From Cyanobacteriota bacterium (GTDB taxonomy: Bacteria; Cyanobacteriota; Cyanobacteriia; Cyanobacteriales; Nostocaceae), in assembly GCA_046045965.1 (NCBI GenBank), contig JBJOKS010000009.1, positions 64,001 through 128,000 of the forward strand: a stretch of DNA of 64,000 nt, given 5' to 3'. The notes beneath the pieces are model-generated. The model was not told the DNA's origin. It saw only the letters and a program-made list of their open reading frames with translations, and searched no databases. Below, in pieces: positions 49,281 through 59,681 of this stretch; positions within the stretch are counted from its first letter, which is position 1, and each line of letters starts with the position of its first letter. Both the position numbers and the translations under genes were made by a program.

Positions 49281-49420
49281 TGTCAGAATCAGGATATCCA
49301 GGATTTAAGGATTTACAGGATTTAGTTTTTCTCTGTGTCCTCTGTGTCCTCTGCGGTTCCTTAAAAAAAAGATCATAGTCAGAAACAGGATATCCAGGAT
49401 TTAAAGATATTTACAGGATG
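49281..49420 (+). repeat. two AGGAT-periodic repeat copies with a CTCTGTGTC tract between
   Basis: TGTCAGAATCAGGATATCCAGGATTTAAGGATTTACAGGAT at 49281 and a variant at 49377. Confidence 0.8.
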
Positions 49421-49558
49421 TGATAATTCGTAATTTCAGAATCTCAAAATCTACCAGAATTGTGGTAAGATAGAAAAAAGTAGCAATTTATTACAGTAGC
49501 TATCATAAGAATATCTATTTCTGTTAATTTAAAATTTCCCGTTGTTTGAGAAATTGGA

Positions 49559-50308
49559 ATGCTAGACCAAATTTTTAACTACCTAAACTTTCATTTCAGC
49601 ATAGAAGCCTCTATAGTCCTGTTAATCTTAGTATTTCTAGAGGCTGTGCTATCAGCGGATAACGCGATCGCCCTCGCAGCCATCGCCCAAGGATTAGAAG
49701 ACAAAAAACTAGAACGTCAAGCACTCAACTTCGGTTTAGTCATAGCTTACGTATTGCGAATTACCCTACTGCTGACAGCGACCTGGGTACAAAAATTCTG
49801 GCAATTTGAATTATTGGGTGCTGCTTACCTACTGTGGCTAGTATTCCAACACTTTGCATCACAAGAAGACGAAGACAACCACCATCACGGACCGAGGTTT
49901 AATTCTCTGTGGCAAGCAATACCTGTAATCGCTTTTACAGATTTAGCCTTTTCCTTAGATAGCGTCACCACAGCGATCGCCGTTTCTCAAGAAATATGGT
50001 TGGTAATTACCGGCACAACCATCGGTATTATCACCCTGCGATTTATGGCCGGGTTATTTATTCGCTGGTTAGATGAATATGCAAATTTAGAAGACGCAGG
50101 TTATATCACTGTAGCCTTTGTGGGTTTACGCTTGCTATTAAGAGTCATAAACGAAGATTTAGTCCCACCTCAATGGCTGATGATCAGTGCGATCGCCATT
50201 ATCTTAACCTGGGGATTTTCCAAACGGACAGAAGTAGAACTAAAAACAGAAGAAACCGAAAAATCCGAAAAATCCGAAAAATCCGAAAAATCCGAAATCA
50301 CAAAATAA
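49559..50308 (+). CDS. TerC family membrane protein
   Basis: LEAVLSADNA and DLAFSLDSV; 9-bp repeat encodes an EKS tail. Confidence 0.9.
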   Translation: MLDQIFNYLNFHFSIEASIVLLILVFLEAVLSADNAIALAAIAQGLEDKKLERQALNFGLVIAYVLRITLLLTATWVQKFWQFELLGAAYLLWLVFQHFASQEDEDNHHHGPRFNSLWQAIPVIAFTDLAFSLDSVTTAIAVSQEIWLVITGTTIGIITLRFMAGLFIRWLDEYANLEDAGYITVAFVGLRLLLRVINEDLVPPQWLMISAIAIILTWGFSKRTEVELKTEETEKSEKSEKSEKSEITK

Positions 50309-50403
50309 GGAACTGGGTGATGAGGTGATGGGGAAATTAACATTCTAACTGTTGCTTCCAGTCCCTAGTCCCCAGTCCCCAGTCCCCAGTAAAGGGTCCC
50401 TAG

Positions 50404-50853
50404 TTACTCTTTTACCCAAGGAGTTAAATGAGGTTGCCAGCTAACTAATTCTTCATCCTTAAACCACAGGGCAATTTCCCGTTGTGCTGTTTCGATCGCA
50501 TCAGAACCGTGGATCAGGTTACGACCAATATTAATCCCAAAATCACCGCGAATAGTACCAGGTTCTGATGTTAAAGGATTGGTTGCACCAATAATTTTTC
50601 TTGCAGATGCAACAACTCCATCACCTTCCCAAACCATAGCCACAACAGGAGCGGAAGTAATAAATTCAACTAACCCAGCAAAAAAAGGTCTTTCCTTATG
50701 AACATCATAATGTTGTTCAGCTAATTCTTTGCTGACTTTCATAAACTTCAAGCCTACGAGGGTAAAGCCTTTTGTTTCAAAGCGACGGATAATTTCACCC
50801 ACCAACCCGCGTTGGACTCCATCAGGCTTGATGGCTAAAAATGTGCGTTCCAA
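50404..50853 (-). CDS. ndk: nucleoside diphosphate kinase
   Basis: [11 protein letters not shown] and NLIHGSD; TTG start at 50853 preceded by GGGAG. Confidence 0.95.
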   Translation of the reverse strand: MERTFLAIKPDGVQRGLVGEIIRRFETKGFTLVGLKFMKVSKELAEQHYDVHKERPFFAGLVEFITSAPVVAMVWEGDGVVASARKIIGATNPLTSEPGTIRGDFGINIGRNLIHGSDAIETAQREIALWFKDEELVSWQPHLTPWVKE

Positions 50854-51109
50854 ATCTGTCTCCCAAAGCATAAGAAAGGTTCTCTGCGTTAATTGTTAAT
50901 TGTATGTGCGTCTTTTGTCTAGTAGTTCCAGGAATAAATAAGGAGGCAGGGGGAGCAGGGGAAGCAGGGGAGGAAAGGGAAGTTAATAACCCAATTACCT
51001 ATTACCTATTACCTATTACCTATTACCCTTAACTCATTCTTAACCAAGAAAAAATCTTGCTGGGTGCATATCTGTTACTAAACTAATTTGCTAAATTGTT
51101 AGTTCGTGG

Positions 51110-53149
51110 GTGAAACACAGAGGTCAGGAAGAAATGGGTGTCGAGTCAACTACCGATGAGATGGTAAAAGTGCCTACCAATGGTCATAAGTCAGAATTGA
51201 AAAGCCAAAAGCCGAAGAAACTGCTACCACCGAGTACAACGTCAGGAGATTTACCTCGGTCTTGGAAAATTGAGGATAGTGAAGACCTGTACCGCATAGA
51301 AGGTTGGGGAAGACCTTATTTTTCCATTAATGCAGCGGGTCATGTGACGGTATCTCCCAAAGGCGATCGCGGAGGTTCTCTCGACTTATTTGAATTAGTC
51401 AACGCCTTAAAGCAGCGAAATTTGGGACTTCCTATGTTAATTCGCTTTTCTGATATTTTAGAAGATCGGATAGAACGGTTAAACGCCTGTTTTGCCAAAG
51501 CGATCGCTCGTTATAACTATCCCGGTGTTTATCGTGGTGTATTTCCCGTTAAATGCAACCAGGAACGGCACTTAATTGAAGATTTGGTACGATTTGGCAA
51601 ACCGCATCAATTTGGGCTAGAAGCCGGTTCTAAGCCGGAATTAATGATTGCTCTGGCTTTGTTAGATACACCAGGAGCTTTATTAGTTTGCAACGGCTAC
51701 AAAGACCGAGAATACATTGAAACGGCCATGTTAGCCCAAAAACTCGGACAAACACCGATTATCGTTTTAGAACAAATTGAAGAAGTTGATTTAGCCATTG
51801 CTGCTAGTCATCAGTTAGGCATAAAACCCATTTTAGGAGTAAGAGCGAAATTAAGCACCCAAGGCATGGGACGCTGGGGAACATCCACAGGCGATCGCGC
51901 TAAGTTTGGGTTGACTATCCCCGAAATTATGGAAGCAGTGGAAAAGCTCAAAGAAGCTAATTTACTTGATGCTTTGCAGTTGCTACACTTCCATATCGGT
52001 TCACAAATCTCCGCTATCAATGTCATTAAAGATGCCATCCAAGAAGCCAGCCGCATCTATGTAGAATTGGCAATGTTAGGTGCAGATATGAAATATCTCG
52101 ATGTGGGTGGAGGCTTAGGTGTAGACTATGACGGCTCTCAAACCAACTTCTACGCCTCTAAAAACTACAATATGCAAAACTATGCCAATGATATTGTAGC
52201 CGAGTTAAAAGATACCTGTTCAGAACGGCAAATACCCGTACCTACACTGATTAGCGAAAGTGGGAGAGCGATCGCTTCTCATCAATCAGTTCTCATCTTT
52301 GACGTTCTTAGTACCAGTGGTGTCCCCCTCGATCTCCCAGACCCACCACAAGAGGGAGAATCACCAATTATTAATTATCTATGGGAAACCTACCAATCTA
52401 TCAACAAAGAGAACTATCAAGAATTTTACCACGACGCAGCCCAATTTAAAGAAGAAGCCATCAGCCGCTTTAACTTAGGTATTTTACGCCTCAAAGAACG
52501 CGCTAAAGCCGAGCGTTTATACTGGGCTTGTTGTCAAAAAATTCTGGAAATTACCAGACAACAAGAATACGTACCCGATGAATTGGAAGACCTGGAAAAA
52601 ATCATGGCTTCCATCTACTACATCAATCTTTCCGTGTTTCAATCAGCACCAGATTGTTGGGCTATTGATCAACTATTCCCCATCATGCCCATACATAAGC
52701 TAGATCAAGAACCCACCCAAAGAGGAATTTTAGCAGACCTCACCTGTGATAGTGATGGTAAAATTGACCGCTTTATTGACTTGCGTGATGTTAAATCAGT
52801 TTTAGAACTGCATAAATTTAAACCAGACGAACCCTATTATCTGGGAATGTTCCTCAATGGAGCTTACCAAGAAATCATGGGTAACTTACATAACCTGTTT
52901 GGTGACACCAACGCCGTTCACATCCAACTCACACCCAAAGGCTACCAAATTGAACACGTCGTCAAGGGTGATACCATGAGTGAGGTAGTGAGTTACGTAC
53001 AATACGACTCTGAGGACATGGTAGAAAACATCCGCCAGCGTTGTGAACAAGCCTTGGAAGAAAATCGCATCACCCTAGCCGAATCTCAACGACTGCTACA
53101 AACCTATGAGCAAAGTCTCCAAAGATATACTTACTTGAATAATAGTTAG
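51110..53149 (+). CDS. speA: biosynthetic arginine decarboxylase
   Basis: FPVKCNQ, EAGSKPEL, HFHIGSQ, DVGGGLG, ESGRA and TCDSDG. Confidence 0.95.
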   Translation: MKHRGQEEMGVESTTDEMVKVPTNGHKSELKSQKPKKLLPPSTTSGDLPRSWKIEDSEDLYRIEGWGRPYFSINAAGHVTVSPKGDRGGSLDLFELVNALKQRNLGLPMLIRFSDILEDRIERLNACFAKAIARYNYPGVYRGVFPVKCNQERHLIEDLVRFGKPHQFGLEAGSKPELMIALALLDTPGALLVCNGYKDREYIETAMLAQKLGQTPIIVLEQIEEVDLAIAASHQLGIKPILGVRAKLSTQGMGRWGTSTGDRAKFGLTIPEIMEAVEKLKEANLLDALQLLHFHIGSQISAINVIKDAIQEASRIYVELAMLGADMKYLDVGGGLGVDYDGSQTNFYASKNYNMQNYANDIVAELKDTCSERQIPVPTLISESGRAIASHQSVLIFDVLSTSGVPLDLPDPPQEGESPIINYLWETYQSINKENYQEFYHDAAQFKEEAISRFNLGILRLKERAKAERLYWACCQKILEITRQQEYVPDELEDLEKIMASIYYINLSVFQSAPDCWAIDQLFPIMPIHKLDQEPTQRGILADLTCDSDGKIDRFIDLRDVKSVLELHKFKPDEPYYLGMFLNGAYQEIMGNLHNLFGDTNAVHIQLTPKGYQIEHVVKGDTMSEVVSYVQYDSEDMVENIRQRCEQALEENRITLAESQRLLQTYEQSLQRYTYLNNS

Positions 53150-53212
53150 GACTGGGGACTGGGGACTGGGGACTGGGGACTGGGGACTGGGGACTGGGGA
53201 CTGGGGACTGGG
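53149..53212. repeat. STRR heptamer tract (GGGACTG), about 9 units
   Basis: Seen directly; complement is CCCCAGT. Confidence 0.9.
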
Positions 53213-53259
53213 TAATCAATTTTATTTTTCCCAATCACCTTTTCCCCAATCACCAATCC

Positions 53260-54429
53260 CTAAATTGTACTTGTTCCTAACAATTCTGCGATCGCTTGGT
53301 GTTCCAAAGGAATTTCCGAAGGTGGGGTTTGACGAGCATCTGTAATTAACCAGTCTAAAGCGGCTGCTTGCACATCAATAGCAGCACCAGTCTTATCCAC
53401 ACAATAACGACCAAATACCAGCTTATCCACTAAGCGGACTCCTGGACTCAAGCGCGACCATTCAAATATCACACTATTATCTACAGTTGCACCATTACAA
53501 ATCCAGCAGTTGGGACCTATCATCGCCGGTCCAACAATTTTCGCACCGTCTTCAATTCTGGTCATCCCACCAATGTAAACTGGTCCAGTAATATCCACCT
53601 TATCCCAATTTACCGCTACATTTAACCCAGTATAAATACCAGGAGCAACTTCATTACCAGGAATTTGCACATTTTTAATATCCCCCAGCAGCACACCGCG
53701 AATAGCTCGCCAATAATCTGGTACTTTACCAATATCTACCCATTCAAAATCCATCGGAATGGCGTAAAAAGGCGCATTAATTTCCACCAGTTTCGGAAAT
53801 AAATCGCCGCCGATGTCATACTCAACCCCAGAGGGAATGTAGTTAAACACCTCTGGCTCAAAAATATAAATACCCGTATTGATATTGGTACTGAGTGCTT
53901 CCTCGGTTGCAGGTTTTTCCTGGAAAGCCTTGACGCGATTATCTTCATCGGTGACAACCACACCATAGCTAGAAACTTCTTCCTTGGGAACAGATTTAGT
54001 AATGATGGTAGCAATTGAACCCTTAGATTTATGCCACTTCACAGCCGCAGTTAAATCTAAGTCAATCAAAGCATCACCGCACAATACCACAAACGTATCA
54101 TCAAAAAAAGGTGAAAAGTCCTGGATACGCCGCATCCCTCCAGCCGAACCAATCGCTTCCCCTACCAGTTTACCATCATCATCAATTTTCCCCTCAAAAG
54201 AATAGGCAATCTGCACGCCAAACCGCTGACCATCCCGGAAATAATTTTCAATTTCCTCAGCCAAATGGCTAACATTGACCATAATCTCGTCAAAACCATG
54301 TTGACGTAACAACTCCAATAAAAACTCCATCACTGGCTTTTGCAGGATGGGAATCATCGGTTTGGGAATGGTATATGTAATAGGACGTACACGAGTACCT
54401 TTACCCGCTGCGAGAATCATCGCTTTCAT
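53260..54429 (-). CDS. cugP: NDP-sugar pyrophosphorylase (CugP-like UDP-glucose pyrophosphorylase)
   Basis: MKAMILAAGKGTRVRPIT..IPKPM and C-terminal LbH region. Confidence 0.8.
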   Translation of the reverse strand: MKAMILAAGKGTRVRPITYTIPKPMIPILQKPVMEFLLELLRQHGFDEIMVNVSHLAEEIENYFRDGQRFGVQIAYSFEGKIDDDGKLVGEAIGSAGGMRRIQDFSPFFDDTFVVLCGDALIDLDLTAAVKWHKSKGSIATIITKSVPKEEVSSYGVVVTDEDNRVKAFQEKPATEEALSTNINTGIYIFEPEVFNYIPSGVEYDIGGDLFPKLVEINAPFYAIPMDFEWVDIGKVPDYWRAIRGVLLGDIKNVQIPGNEVAPGIYTGLNVAVNWDKVDITGPVYIGGMTRIEDGAKIVGPAMIGPNCWICNGATVDNSVIFEWSRLSPGVRLVDKLVFGRYCVDKTGAAIDVQAAALDWLITDARQTPPSEIPLEHQAIAELLGTSTI

Positions 54430-54551
54430 AAAATATTATTCCTCAACTATTCCTCAGCCACAAGCCAGTTTACTTTTATCAAATGATACTTAATCATCTG
54501 TCGGTTATCTTTTCAATGTACTCGGATTCTGGATTTTGCTGACGCAAAAAT

Positions 54552-55367
54552 TCAGTTTATGGGGTTGCATTTGTTGGCTGGAGTAGGTAAACGTATTTTT
54601 ATCTCCTGGTAAAATTCTTCTTGAAATAGCTCAACTTTAGATTGTGCAGACAGCAGCAGTAACGCCCAAAAAACGCTCACCATGTCACCATGTTCTGTTT
54701 CATGCTTAGAGGCATTTTTCTCTGGTTGCTTTGTCTTGGTCCACAACTGCACCAGTTGTTCTAAATTCAAACATTGTTCCTGTAAATTTAGTTCTCCTGC
54801 CAAAAGATGCAACACCTGTTCGAGTTCTAAAGCTACCTCTGTTAAATTTTCCTGGTGAGCTAATTCTAATGCCTCCCGCATCGTTTGCATACTAGGCTGA
54901 CGCTTAGGACGGTGAGGTTTGCTTGATTTCTCTACCTGTTTTAGCTGGTTAGCCATAATCTGCAATTGCGTGATTAACTCTTGCAGAGTCACACGACGCT
55001 TTTGTGGTGGCATTGCTGCTGGACGACGACGCAACTGTCGCTCTAGTTGCAAACGCTGGATGGGATATAGTTCCCCATCTGCATCATGCAGCATTGAATC
55101 ATCAGATACATTATCTATAATATTATCTACTGTTGACAATTGCATTAAGGTATTAGCTTTAAATAGTACAAGCATGGATGCTGACAAAAAAGCCTGTCCA
55201 GATTGAGATAAGTCAGCCTCATAACCTCTGGCTGTTGCCTCTGGTGACATTAATTCTAAGTAGCGATCAATCACCTCAATTACCTGCACATCCCAAGGGT
55301 CTATTTCTCCCTTTTGGGCTTGTTCAATCAGGTGTGTAATTGTTTCTAATAGCTTTTGGGCATCCAT
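54552..55367 (-). CDS. scpA: segregation and condensation protein A
   Basis: GEIDPWDV.VI.VID, RRVTLQELI and VFWALLLL...KVEL.QEEFY. Confidence 0.88.
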   Translation of the reverse strand: MDAQKLLETITHLIEQAQKGEIDPWDVQVIEVIDRYLELMSPEATARGYEADLSQSGQAFLSASMLVLFKANTLMQLSTVDNIIDNVSDDSMLHDADGELYPIQRLQLERQLRRRPAAMPPQKRRVTLQELITQLQIMANQLKQVEKSSKPHRPKRQPSMQTMREALELAHQENLTEVALELEQVLHLLAGELNLQEQCLNLEQLVQLWTKTKQPEKNASKHETEHGDMVSVFWALLLLSAQSKVELFQEEFYQEIKIRLPTPANKCNPIN

Positions 55368-55374
55368 TAATTTA

Positions 55375-55408
<34 letters not shown>

Positions 55409-55437
55409 TTTCAAGGAGAATTTAACCCAATCAACTA

Positions 55438-56529
55438 TCAACTATCACCATATTTTTCATCATTAACCACTGTATAGCTATATACAGAATTTCCATGTTT
55501 ACTATTTTTAATCGCATCGAAAGTGCCTTTGATAGTACCAGCAATGGGTACAGCAACCAGTGTTCCCAACAAACCAGCAATTTCAAATCCCATCAAAATA
55601 GCTACAAAAATCCATAGGGGATTGAGGCCGATAAAGTTACCAAGTAACTTGGGTGCGAGGATGTTATCTTTGATTTGCTGCATGATAATTGCCACCATTG
55701 CCACTGGAAATACTAATAACCAATTTTGTAATAAAACTAACAACGTTACCAAGCCTATACCTAAAGTAGCCCCGATAAAAGGGATCAGCTCAGAAATACC
55801 AATGATAATGGCAAATAACAGGGCAAATGGTACTCTGAGAAATAAGAAAATAGGTGTCAGGGCTACCACCATGAAAAGTGCCAGTAACAATTGGCTCAGG
55901 AAAAAGTTCTGAAAATTTAATTGTAAGGACTTGCTGAAGGGGATACCAAAATGAGATGGGAGGAGATTAATCAGACCATACCACACGCGATCGCCATATA
56001 GCAGCATATAAAAAGCAAGTACAATAATTAACACAATCTTCAATAATAATGACAATATAGTTCCAGCCAATCCTACAGCACCGGAAGCTATCTGTTGCAA
56101 TAGGTTCTGCACACCAGCATTGATTTGATTGGCTACTAAACTTATGTCAATTTCTATACGTTTTTGACGTGCCAATACTTGCAATTTCCCCAGGTTCTCT
56201 TGACTAGAGGCTAACCAATCAGGAATATTATTTAAAAGCTGGATTGTTTGGTCAATTAGCATGGGGACAAGGGTAACACCCAAAATAATCAACAAAGTTA
56301 AGGTGATGAGTAAGACAATTATTACTGAGTACGTGCGAGTGATCCTGGCTTTCTCAAATAACTTGACCGGGTAATTGAGTAAAAACGCCAAAATTGCCGC
56401 AATACTCAAGATAGTAATGGGGTTCTGGAAATAACGGAACAAGACAGACAGTAGCCAGACATTGAGAGCGATAATCGGACCACTCAGACCATAAATTAAT
56501 AAACTTTGTAGAGAGGCTGAACGGCGCAT
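55438..56529 (-). CDS. AI-2E family transporter
   Basis: AFLLNYPV, IPFIG and PKLLG..GLNP; likely start MRRSASL at 56529. Confidence 0.88.
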   Translation of the reverse strand: MRRSASLQSLLIYGLSGPIIALNVWLLSVLFRYFQNPITILSIAAILAFLLNYPVKLFEKARITRTYSVIIVLLITLTLLIILGVTLVPMLIDQTIQLLNNIPDWLASSQENLGKLQVLARQKRIEIDISLVANQINAGVQNLLQQIASGAVGLAGTILSLLLKIVLIIVLAFYMLLYGDRVWYGLINLLPSHFGIPFSKSLQLNFQNFFLSQLLLALFMVVALTPIFLFLRVPFALLFAIIIGISELIPFIGATLGIGLVTLLVLLQNWLLVFPVAMVAIIMQQIKDNILAPKLLGNFIGLNPLWIFVAILMGFEIAGLLGTLVAVPIAGTIKGTFDAIKNSKHGNSVYSYTVVNDEKYGDS

Positions 56530-56687
56530 CTGATTTAATGTATAGGCAGGAGGCAAATCAAGTCAAAAGTCAAAAGTCAAAAGTCAAAAGTGTCTATGCT
56601 TTTTGGAACTATTACCACTGTTAATCATCATAAATATTTTTCTCACATACTGGTATAAGATTATCTAAAAATAAGGGCATAAAAACG

Positions 56688-57332
56688 ATGGATAAAAACA
56701 TAGCTGACCTTCGCAAAGACTACACTTTGCAAGATTTGAGTGAAAAGGAAATTGACCCTAATCCTTTTATACAATTTAAATTCTGGTTTGATCAGGCTCT
56801 AGCAGCACAATTACCTGAACCTAACGCCATGACTCTGGCTACATCTACCCCAGATGGCAAACCTTCAGCGAGAATGGTATTATTAAAGGATTTTGATGAA
56901 CGAGGTTTTGTTTTATTTACTAACTATAATAGTCACAAAGGACAAGAACTAGCGACAAACCCCCATGCGGCATTAGTATTTTGGTGGGCTGAATTAGAAC
57001 GTCAAGTGAGAATTGTCGGGACTGTAGAAAAGATTTCTTCAGCAGAGTCTGATGGCTATTTTGAAGTACGTCCCCATAATAGTCGTTTAGGTGCATGGGC
57101 TTCTAATCAAAGTGAGGTGATTTCTGGTAGGGAAGTTTTAGAAGCACAATTACAGGAATTTCAGCGTAAATATGAAAATCAGGAAGTTCCTAGACCACCT
57201 CATTGGGGAGGTTATCGGATTATTCCCCAAGAAATCGAGTTTTGGCAGGGACGTTCTAGCCGTTTACACGACAGGTTGCTTTATACTCGTTTAAATGATG
57301 GAAGTTGGAAAATAGAGCGTTTATCACCTTAA
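56688..57332 (+). CDS. pdxH: pyridoxamine 5'-phosphate oxidase
   Basis: [14 protein letters not shown] and EFWQGR..RLHDR. Confidence 0.95.
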   Translation: MDKNIADLRKDYTLQDLSEKEIDPNPFIQFKFWFDQALAAQLPEPNAMTLATSTPDGKPSARMVLLKDFDERGFVLFTNYNSHKGQELATNPHAALVFWWAELERQVRIVGTVEKISSAESDGYFEVRPHNSRLGAWASNQSEVISGREVLEAQLQEFQRKYENQEVPRPPHWGGYRIIPQEIEFWQGRSSRLHDRLLYTRLNDGSWKIERLSP

Positions 57333-57367
57333 TTTTTTGTAGCGGGCAAGATGCCCGTACCACAATT

Positions 57368-58093
57368 TTAGGAGATAGTGTTAGGATCAATGCCTAGTTC
57401 TCGTAACTTAGCTGCTAATAATTCAGCCCGTTGACGTTCTTGTTCTGCTTGTTCACTACTCCACAGCAGCAAATTTCCGTCACTATCCCACCACCGCAAC
57501 CAGTTCATGGTTTGACATAATCTTTCACCTGGCCAAATTCCTAAAAATAGCGAGAGTTCAGGAATCCAAAAACGTCCATTAGGATCTGCTTTTTGTTTGC
57601 TGTATTCTCCATTTTGCAAACAGCGTACTTCTAAACTGGGTTCGTAGGGATCATAGGTGACATAAGTGGGAACTTGGAGAATGTGTTCGTAAAAATACAA
57701 CTTTCCGTAAGGTGGTGTGGAACGTACTGATAATTCTCCACATTCCGTATCAGAAAGAAATTCCATCACTACAGCTACAGCTTCCCCTTCGAGGTTGGGT
57801 GTATAACTGCGACGTACCACATCAGCAGCGACAGGATGCACCTGTGGCACATAAAACCAGTCGGGGGCTTTAACGATGATTTTTTTGTTTAAGGTGGCTA
57901 CAAGCCCAAAATTAGAGCCAATCAGCATTTGTGGTAGAATGCGTCCTGCTGCACCTAAAGCGTCGGTGAGTGCAGCAGCTAAAGGCGGTTGTTGAATATT
58001 TTCCACTGGGTCGTCAGGTAAAATAAAATCAGCGGGAAGTGCTTCCCAGGTGACAATGGGTGTTTTTTGGATGGGTTGCGTTTGTAGAATCAT
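57368..58093 (-). CDS. Uma2 family (DUF820) putative endonuclease
   Basis: LPDDPVEN, KAPDWF, VMEFLS, GKLYFYE and WLRWWD. Confidence 0.88.
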   Translation of the reverse strand: MILQTQPIQKTPIVTWEALPADFILPDDPVENIQQPPLAAALTDALGAAGRILPQMLIGSNFGLVATLNKKIIVKAPDWFYVPQVHPVAADVVRRSYTPNLEGEAVAVVMEFLSDTECGELSVRSTPPYGKLYFYEHILQVPTYVTYDPYEPSLEVRCLQNGEYSKQKADPNGRFWIPELSLFLGIWPGERLCQTMNWLRWWDSDGNLLLWSSEQAEQERQRAELLAAKLRELGIDPNTIS

Positions 58094-58204
58094 AGATTTA
58101 TTTATAGGTGATCTGAATTAGGATTTGCAGAATTTTCAATGTCTAAATCAGCAACGCCGCAATTTTAATGTAACAGAAGTTTCTCTGCCAAACCCAAAAA
58201 GGAC

Positions 58205-58233
58205 TTGACAAAATTCTGAGTTTTGGGTATGCT
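58205..58233 (+). promoter_or_regulatory. near-consensus sigma70 promoter
   Basis: TTGACA-N17-TATGCT. Confidence 0.6.
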
Positions 58234-58743
58234 TAGGTTATGGGTGGAAAATGTGCGCGCATATAAGATAGGTAATTTAAAGATTTTGGTTGTCTGAATC
58301 AGGATTTTCAGGATTTAAGGATTTATGGCTAACGCCACGCTACGCGAACAGGATGTTATTTGATGATGGTTGGTTTTCTTTAAGGATTTTTTTGGTCTGA
58401 ATCAGGATTTTCAGGATTTGAGGATGTACAGGATGTGATTTGATGATGGTTGGTTATGTACGAATTCTGGAATAATGAACCACGTTCATCGAAAGTGTTC
58501 CCGCAGGGTAGGAAGCAAAGTACGCGAAGGTAAGAGGTTTTAGAGAGATTTTCTGTTTTCATCCTCTACATCCATAAATGTTAGTTGTCCTGATTGTCAC
58601 CATCTGCGTTTATCTGCGTTTTTATCCTGTACATCCTAAAATCCTGGTTATCCTGATTCTGACAAAATACAATTTCTGAAAATTTAGATCAATCTTCAAA
58701 AACCATCCTGTACATCCTCAAATCCTGGACATCCTGATTCAGA

Positions 58744-58981
58744 CTATTCCAACCGCCAAATTTTGATAGGGTTGTCATCACTCCCACTCACCAAAGTCCT
58801 ACCATCCGGGCTGATAGCTAGGGAACTAACCCTTCCCAAAACCACCACCACCCAAAAGTTTAACAGGACGATAACGGTTTCTCAGGACAACCAAAGGAAC
58901 ACCACAATTAGGACAAAACTTTGTCGTATCTGGTACAGGTGGATTATGACAGTCTGGGTTCAGACAACATATCTGATTCAT
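58744..58981 (-). pseudogene. internally deleted Ser/Thr kinase-WD40 gene remnant
   Basis: MNQICCLNPDCHNPPVPDTTKFCPNCGVPLVVLRNRYRPVKLLGGGGFGKG* joined out of frame to VSSLAISPDGRTLVSGSDDNPIKIWRLE*. Confidence 0.85.
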
Positions 58982-59588
58982 TGTTTGGGGTAGATACTTT
59001 GATATTTAGAATATATACAATAATATACTCGCTAATTTCATAACACTGATGTTTTATTTCTTAGCGTCTTAACGTCAGCACCTTAATAATTCTTAACTTA
59101 AAAATCCCAAAAAAGTTTCAACACCCTTTTTTACCCCGAAATTATTGAGAATGGTTGCGAATGACTTAACGTATTTTCAAGGGTCTTGACTTCTGGCAGG
59201 GTTGTGTTATGATAAATTTTAGGAAAATCCAAGGGTGTGATATTGTCTAAATCAGGATATCCAGGATTTAAGGATTTACAGGATGTTATTTAATGATGGT
59301 TGGTGATTTATAAAACCAAATATATTTTCTTGATTTCTAGACTAATGGAAATAATGGACATGATGAAAATCTTTTCATCCTGTTCATCCTGTTCATCCTG
59401 GTTATCCTGATTCTGACAAATTTTATCTCTGGTGTCACGCAAAGAAGCAAAAAAGGAATCCTGTAAATCCTGGACATCGTGATTCTCACCATCTGCGTCT
59501 ATCTGCGTTCATCCGCGTTCCCAAAATTCCAACCCAGAAAATCAAAAACCCTATATATATGCGCCCACAGATTTCTACTCATAACATA

Positions 59589-59617
59589 AGTGTACAAAAT
59601 TATTTCCAGATTGTCAA
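59589..59617 (-). promoter_or_regulatory. near-consensus sigma70 promoter
   Basis: Minus strand TTGACA-N17-TACACT. Confidence 0.55.
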
Positions 59618-59634
59618 GTAGAAAAATGTCGATT

Positions 59635-59663
59635 GCGCGGAGCGCACTGCCGTAGGCGATCGC
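59635..59663. repeat. 21-nt insertion in a HIP1 site (intergenic)
   Basis: GCG+CGGAGCGCACTGCCGTAGGCG+ATCGC. Confidence 0.7.
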
Positions 59664-59681
59664 AAAAATCCTGTAAATCGT

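Noticed and set aside
48992..49558. yybP-ykoY manganese riboswitch upstream of terC
   Set aside because: Could not find the characteristic conserved motifs; the region is largely AGGAT repeats and AT-rich sequence.
58291..58745. CRISPR-like leader plus repeat-spacer array
   Set aside because: Repeats are internally periodic, irregularly spaced, in both orientations and dispersed elsewhere in the window.
58744..58981. Diversity-generating retroelement template linked to a kinase gene
   Set aside because: No reverse transcriptase and no matching TR/VR pair with adenine-specific differences in the window; the C-terminal piece is WD40, not CLec.
58763..58993. 76-aa + strand ORF
   Set aside because: It is the antisense shadow of the kinase-WD40 remnant.
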